From assembly GCA_049667005.1 (NCBI GenBank), contig JBATHQ010000523.1, positions 1 to 35,547 on the forward strand: a DNA stretch of 35,547 nucleotides, given 5' to 3'. Positions 30,263 through 35,547 of the stretch are shown here, in pieces. The stretch comes from Psychromonas sp. GTDB taxonomy: Bacteria > Pseudomonadota > Gammaproteobacteria > Enterobacterales > Psychromonadaceae. Each line of letters opens with the position of its first letter. Position 1 is the first letter of the stretch. The notes under the pieces are model-generated. The model worked only from the letters and a program-made list of their open reading frames with translations. It was not told where the DNA came from and made no database searches. Made by a program: the position numbers and the translations under genes.

Positions 30263-30392
30263 GAAATTTCTCCGCTAATGCTCAGCGCCCCGCTAGAACA
30301 TTAAGCTAAAATTTAAACAGTTTATAAGCGACCATTCAGCACGCAAACAACGCTGAATAGCTTTCCATTTAAGGCTTATGGTAATAGGGATA

Positions 30393-30624
30393 ATACCAAT
30401 TCTACTAATTAGATGTTCTATTTAGGCGCCGGGAAAATGGATGAAAGCAAGGCTTTGATTCCAGTAACTACACGCCTAATTTCACAAAATCGTATGGAAC
30501 GATTTTGAACAGCTTTAGCTGGCCACGCAGTGGTGGAGAACAGGACGTTCGTAATCAAATCAATAACAATGCTAGCATTCATTTTAACAAGCATAAATGA
30601 ATGTAAAATTAATGGATTTGGTAT
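30393..30624. mobile_element. Non-autonomous miniature inverted-repeat element (MITE), 232 bp
   Basis: 18-bp terminal inverted repeats ATACCAATTCTACTAATT / AATTAATGGATTTGGTAT (15/18 match); no transposase. Confidence 0.75.
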
Positions 30625-30655
30625 AAACACAATAACGCAATCAAAAACGCATAGC

Positions 30656-30711
30656 TATCTCTAAACCACGGTAAGATGCAAGAATTTGTATTCTGCAGTA
30701 GTTTAGGTACA
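30656..30711. repeat. Degenerate two-armed copy of the palindromic dispersed element
   Basis: TATCTCTAAACCACGGTAAGATGCA ... TGTATTCTGCAGTAGTTTAGGTACA. Confidence 0.55.
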
Positions 30712-30806
30712 TAACATACAAAAAAATATATTGATGTACAACAAGGTGGTTCGATATTTAAATAGTTTTTGATAATAGAGTTCTATAAGGGAGGATGCTC
30801 AGAAAC

Positions 30807-30838
30807 GAAAAAACCCACTGCAAAGAGTGGGTTTTTTC
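30807..30838. terminator. Bidirectional terminator after tRNA-Ser copy 1
   Basis: GAAAAAACCCACT-GCAAAG-AGTGGGTTTTTTC. Confidence 0.85.
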
Positions 30839-30844
30839 TTAATG

Positions 30845-30935
30845 TGGCGGAGGAGGAGAGATTTGAACTCTCGGAGAGCTATTAACCCTCGCTGGTTTTC
30901 AAGACCAGTGCATTAAGCCGCTCTGCCACCCCTCC
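30845..30935 (-). tRNA. tRNA-Ser (TGA), copy 1
   Basis: GGAGGGG...CTGGT-CTTGAAA-ACCAG, long variable arm, GTTCAAATC, ends GCCA; 91 nt. Confidence 0.96.
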
Positions 30936-30947
30936 GGAACGGGGGCG

Positions 30948-30976
30948 ATAATACAGACTATCGGTTTAACTTGTAA
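30948..30976 (-). promoter_or_regulatory. Sigma70 promoter of tRNA-Ser copy 1
   Basis: TTACAA-17 bp-TATTAT, discriminator CGCCCCC. Confidence 0.75.
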
Positions 30977-31081
30977 AGCATAAAATAACAAAAAACGGCT
31001 GTTTGCCTAGAAAAACACCAAAGTGAATAAACAACAGTCAAATTGATTGTTTTTTAATATTATCCAAGTCAAAAAGCAGTT

Positions 31082-31116
31082 GTTAGTGGTTCGCGGTTAG
31101 TCGTTAGTCGTTAGCG
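31082..31116 (+). repeat. Short tandem heptamer repeat (GTTAGTC-like, 5 units)
   Basis: GTTAGTG GTTCGCG GTTAGTC GTTAGTC GTTAGCG. Confidence 0.75.
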
Positions 31117-31117
31117 A

Positions 31118-31311
31118 GTGGAATATAAAGGAAGATAATTTTTCCTACATGGAGAATTTCAGGATCAATCGCTTTATTGAGTATTTTAACGGGAAGTTGG
31201 CAATATTTTTAAATGGAATGATCTAAGCAGGACAGGATTGCTATTAAAACAGAGGGATAAAGTTTTTTGCTGTAAAAACGAAAAAACCCACTGCAGAGAG
31301 TGGGTTTTTTC
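31118..31311 (+). ncRNA. Candidate CsrA-binding (CsrB/Rsm-like) small RNA
   Basis: 9 GGA motifs in 138 nt, mostly ANGGA or CAGGA, followed by a hairpin with U tract; no promoter confirmed. Confidence 0.3.
31280..31311. terminator. Bidirectional terminator after tRNA-Ser copy 2
   Basis: GAAAAAACCCACT-GCAGAG-AGTGGGTTTTTTC. Confidence 0.85.
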
Positions 31312-31317
31312 TTAATG

Positions 31318-31408
31318 TGGCGGAGGAGGAGAGATTTGAACTCTCGGAGAGCTATTAACCCTCGCTGGTTTTCAAGACCAGTGCATTAAGCCGCTCTGCC
31401 ACCCCTCC
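31318..31408 (-). tRNA. tRNA-Ser (TGA), copy 2
   Basis: Sequence identical to 30845-30935. Confidence 0.96.
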
Positions 31409-31420
31409 GGAACGACGAAA

Positions 31421-31449
31421 ATAGTACAGACTATCGTCTGAACATGCAA
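31421..31449 (-). promoter_or_regulatory. Sigma70 promoter of tRNA-Ser copy 2
   Basis: TTGCAT-17 bp-TACTAT, discriminator TTTCGTC. Confidence 0.75.
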
Positions 31450-31633
31450 AGCTTAAAATAACAAATCGAACTGTTCGCTTATAATTCCAACAAACTGAGC
31501 AAATAAACGCCACAACAAGATGAAAATGCTGCATAAAAGTTTAAAACTAGGTCCTTCTTTCTCATAGTTATTGTTGCTAAGTCTTCGCTCCTGTATCCTT
31601 ACGTCCTATTGAGGCCCAACACGACTTGGGTAA

Positions 31634-34246
<2,613 letters not shown>

Positions 34247-34328
34247 CAGTAACACCCCTACTGGCTGCCGGATGGAGCAAAATAACGCTCCGCCGGTAAC
34301 CCCCATGCCACTAAATAAAAGGCTTAAT

Positions 34329-34844
34329 ATGCAATCCACATCTCTCAAAGCTTTTTACATTCGAATCGCCTTGCTGTTATTGTCCGTTGTGTCCCTCAGT
34401 GGTTGCGGCTTTCATCTGAAAAATAATGACGGCCTCATTGACAAGTACCCTAAGATTTATTTGCAGAGCAGCAATTCAAACGATGAGTTAACACGAGCTA
34501 TTAAACTACGTCTGCGTGGCGCAGGAATTGAAGTGATCAATCAACCGGAAGCCGATCTCCCTACATTAAAAGTCAATTCAGAACGACGTTCGTCACGTAT
34601 TATTTCGCTTTATGTGAATGCACAAAATGCGGAAAAAGAGATGAGTTATAATGTTGACTACTCCTTATCATCGCCAGGTTACAAAACGCAAAACTTTTCG
34701 GTAAACCTGTACCGTGACTTTATTGAAAATGCGTCAGAAGCGCTGGCAAAATCCCGTGAAGAGGAGATATTAACCAAAGAGCTGCGCACTATTGCTGCCG
34801 ATAATATTATTTCCACTATGCTTAGCATCCAAAACAGACGCTAA
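34329..34844 (+). CDS. lptE: LPS assembly lipoprotein LptE
   Basis: Lipobox LSG-C then GFHLK, ALAKSREEE; located between leuS and holA. Confidence 0.9.
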   Translation: MQSTSLKAFYIRIALLLLSVVSLSGCGFHLKNNDGLIDKYPKIYLQSSNSNDELTRAIKLRLRGAGIEVINQPEADLPTLKVNSERRSSRIISLYVNAQNAEKEMSYNVDYSLSSPGYKTQNFSVNLYRDFIENASEALAKSREEEILTKELRTIAADNIISTMLSIQNRR

Positions 34845-34847
34845 AAG

Positions 34848-35547
34848 ATGCGTATTTACCCGGAACAATTGCAGCAGCACCTTAAGCAAAAGCTCCCCCC
34901 CTGCTGTTTGATTTTTGGTGATGAAGCTCTGCTTTGTTTGGAAGCACTTGAGCAAGTTGAAAAAGCAGCGAAAAACCAGGGCTATCAGGAAAAGTTGAGT
35001 TTCAGCCTGGATGGGAAGTTTGAAAGTGATCTTATTTTTTCTCACTTTCAAAGTCTCTCTCTCTTTTCTGACAAAAAAATAATAGTGTTAACGCTGAGCA
35101 AAACAAACAAGGAGAATAGCGCTTTCATACGTGAAATCACCCCGTTATTACATCCGGACATCCTATTGGTTATACAGGGTCCTAAACTCAGCAACCAACA
35201 GATGAGCAACGTATGGTTCAAGACATTAGAGCAGCAAGGTATTTTTGTTACAACAAACCTACCGCTTGCTCATCGTTTCCCGCAGTGGATTTTTCAACGT
35301 CTAAAAGCATTAGAGTTGCATGCAGATAAAGATGTCATCGATTATCTGTGCCTGCATTTTGAAGGTAACTTATTAGCCGCCAGGCAAGAGTTTGAAAAAC
35401 TCGCATTGTTATACCCCAAACAACATCTCACCTTGCAGCAGGTTGAGCAAAGTATCACCAGCCACAATCACTTTAGCTTATTTCAATGGATTGACAGCCT
35501 GTTGGCAGGAGATCAGCCCCGCGCTGCACGTATTTTAAAGCAGCTTA
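34848..35547 (+). CDS. holA: DNA polymerase III subunit delta (runs off the window end; not in the ORF track)
   Basis: MRIYPEQLQQHL..CLIFGDEALL, SLSLFS, FEGNLLAARQEFEKL; leuS-lptE-holA synteny. Confidence 0.93.
   Translation, partial: MRIYPEQLQQHLKQKLPPCCLIFGDEALLCLEALEQVEKAAKNQGYQEKLSFSLDGKFESDLIFSHFQSLSLFSDKKIIVLTLSKTNKENSAFIREITPLLHPDILLVIQGPKLSNQQMSNVWFKTLEQQGIFVTTNLPLAHRFPQWIFQRLKALELHADKDVIDYLCLHFEGNLLAARQEFEKLALLYPKQHLTLQQVEQSITSHNHFSLFQWIDSLLAGDQPRAARILKQL

Noticed and set aside
30418..30630. 70-aa ORF upstream of uvrY
   Set aside because: Lies almost entirely within the MITE and has no transposase motifs
30845..31408. tRNA-Ser repeats as attL/attR of a genomic island, or as a CRISPR-like repeat
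   Set aside because: Both copies are full length with their own promoter and terminator; no integrase, cargo, spacer array or cas genes
34770..35051. 93-aa - strand ORF
   Set aside because: Antisense to lptE and holA, which are supported by motifs and synteny

Overview
Largely core-genome window from an AT-rich marine gammaproteobacterium (Psychromonas-like; this is inferred from gene content and repeat style). In order it contains: a BMP-family nucleoside ABC transporter (4 genes, -), a stand-alone glgC, radD, a cluster of poorly characterised genes (secreted hypothetical, Bmt5/DUF2431-like methyltransferase with a C-terminal zinc finger, DUF1244, SEC-C protein, yjjB/yjjP, atypical MetF-fold protein), rsmE-gshB-yqgE-ruvX, hemerythrin-ung/grcA, tesB, thrABC, arcA, a Gly-Cys-Leu tRNA operon with two degenerate tRNA-Gly copies, pgsA-uvrC-uvrY, a MITE, a duplicated tRNA-Ser(TGA) cassette, and leuS-lptE-holA (partial). 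I see no prophage, CRISPR array, intact IS or defence island. The most interesting signals are: the Bmt5-like methyltransferase with an RNA-binding-type zinc finger; a GGA-rich CsrB-like stretch between the two tRNA-Ser genes near uvrY; opposite promoter discriminators on the two identical tRNA-Ser genes; a tRNA-Gly relic that keeps its stems; a thr attenuator-like hairpin with no leader peptide; and a dispersed palindromic repeat family. All family assignments come from motif recognition, not database searches.
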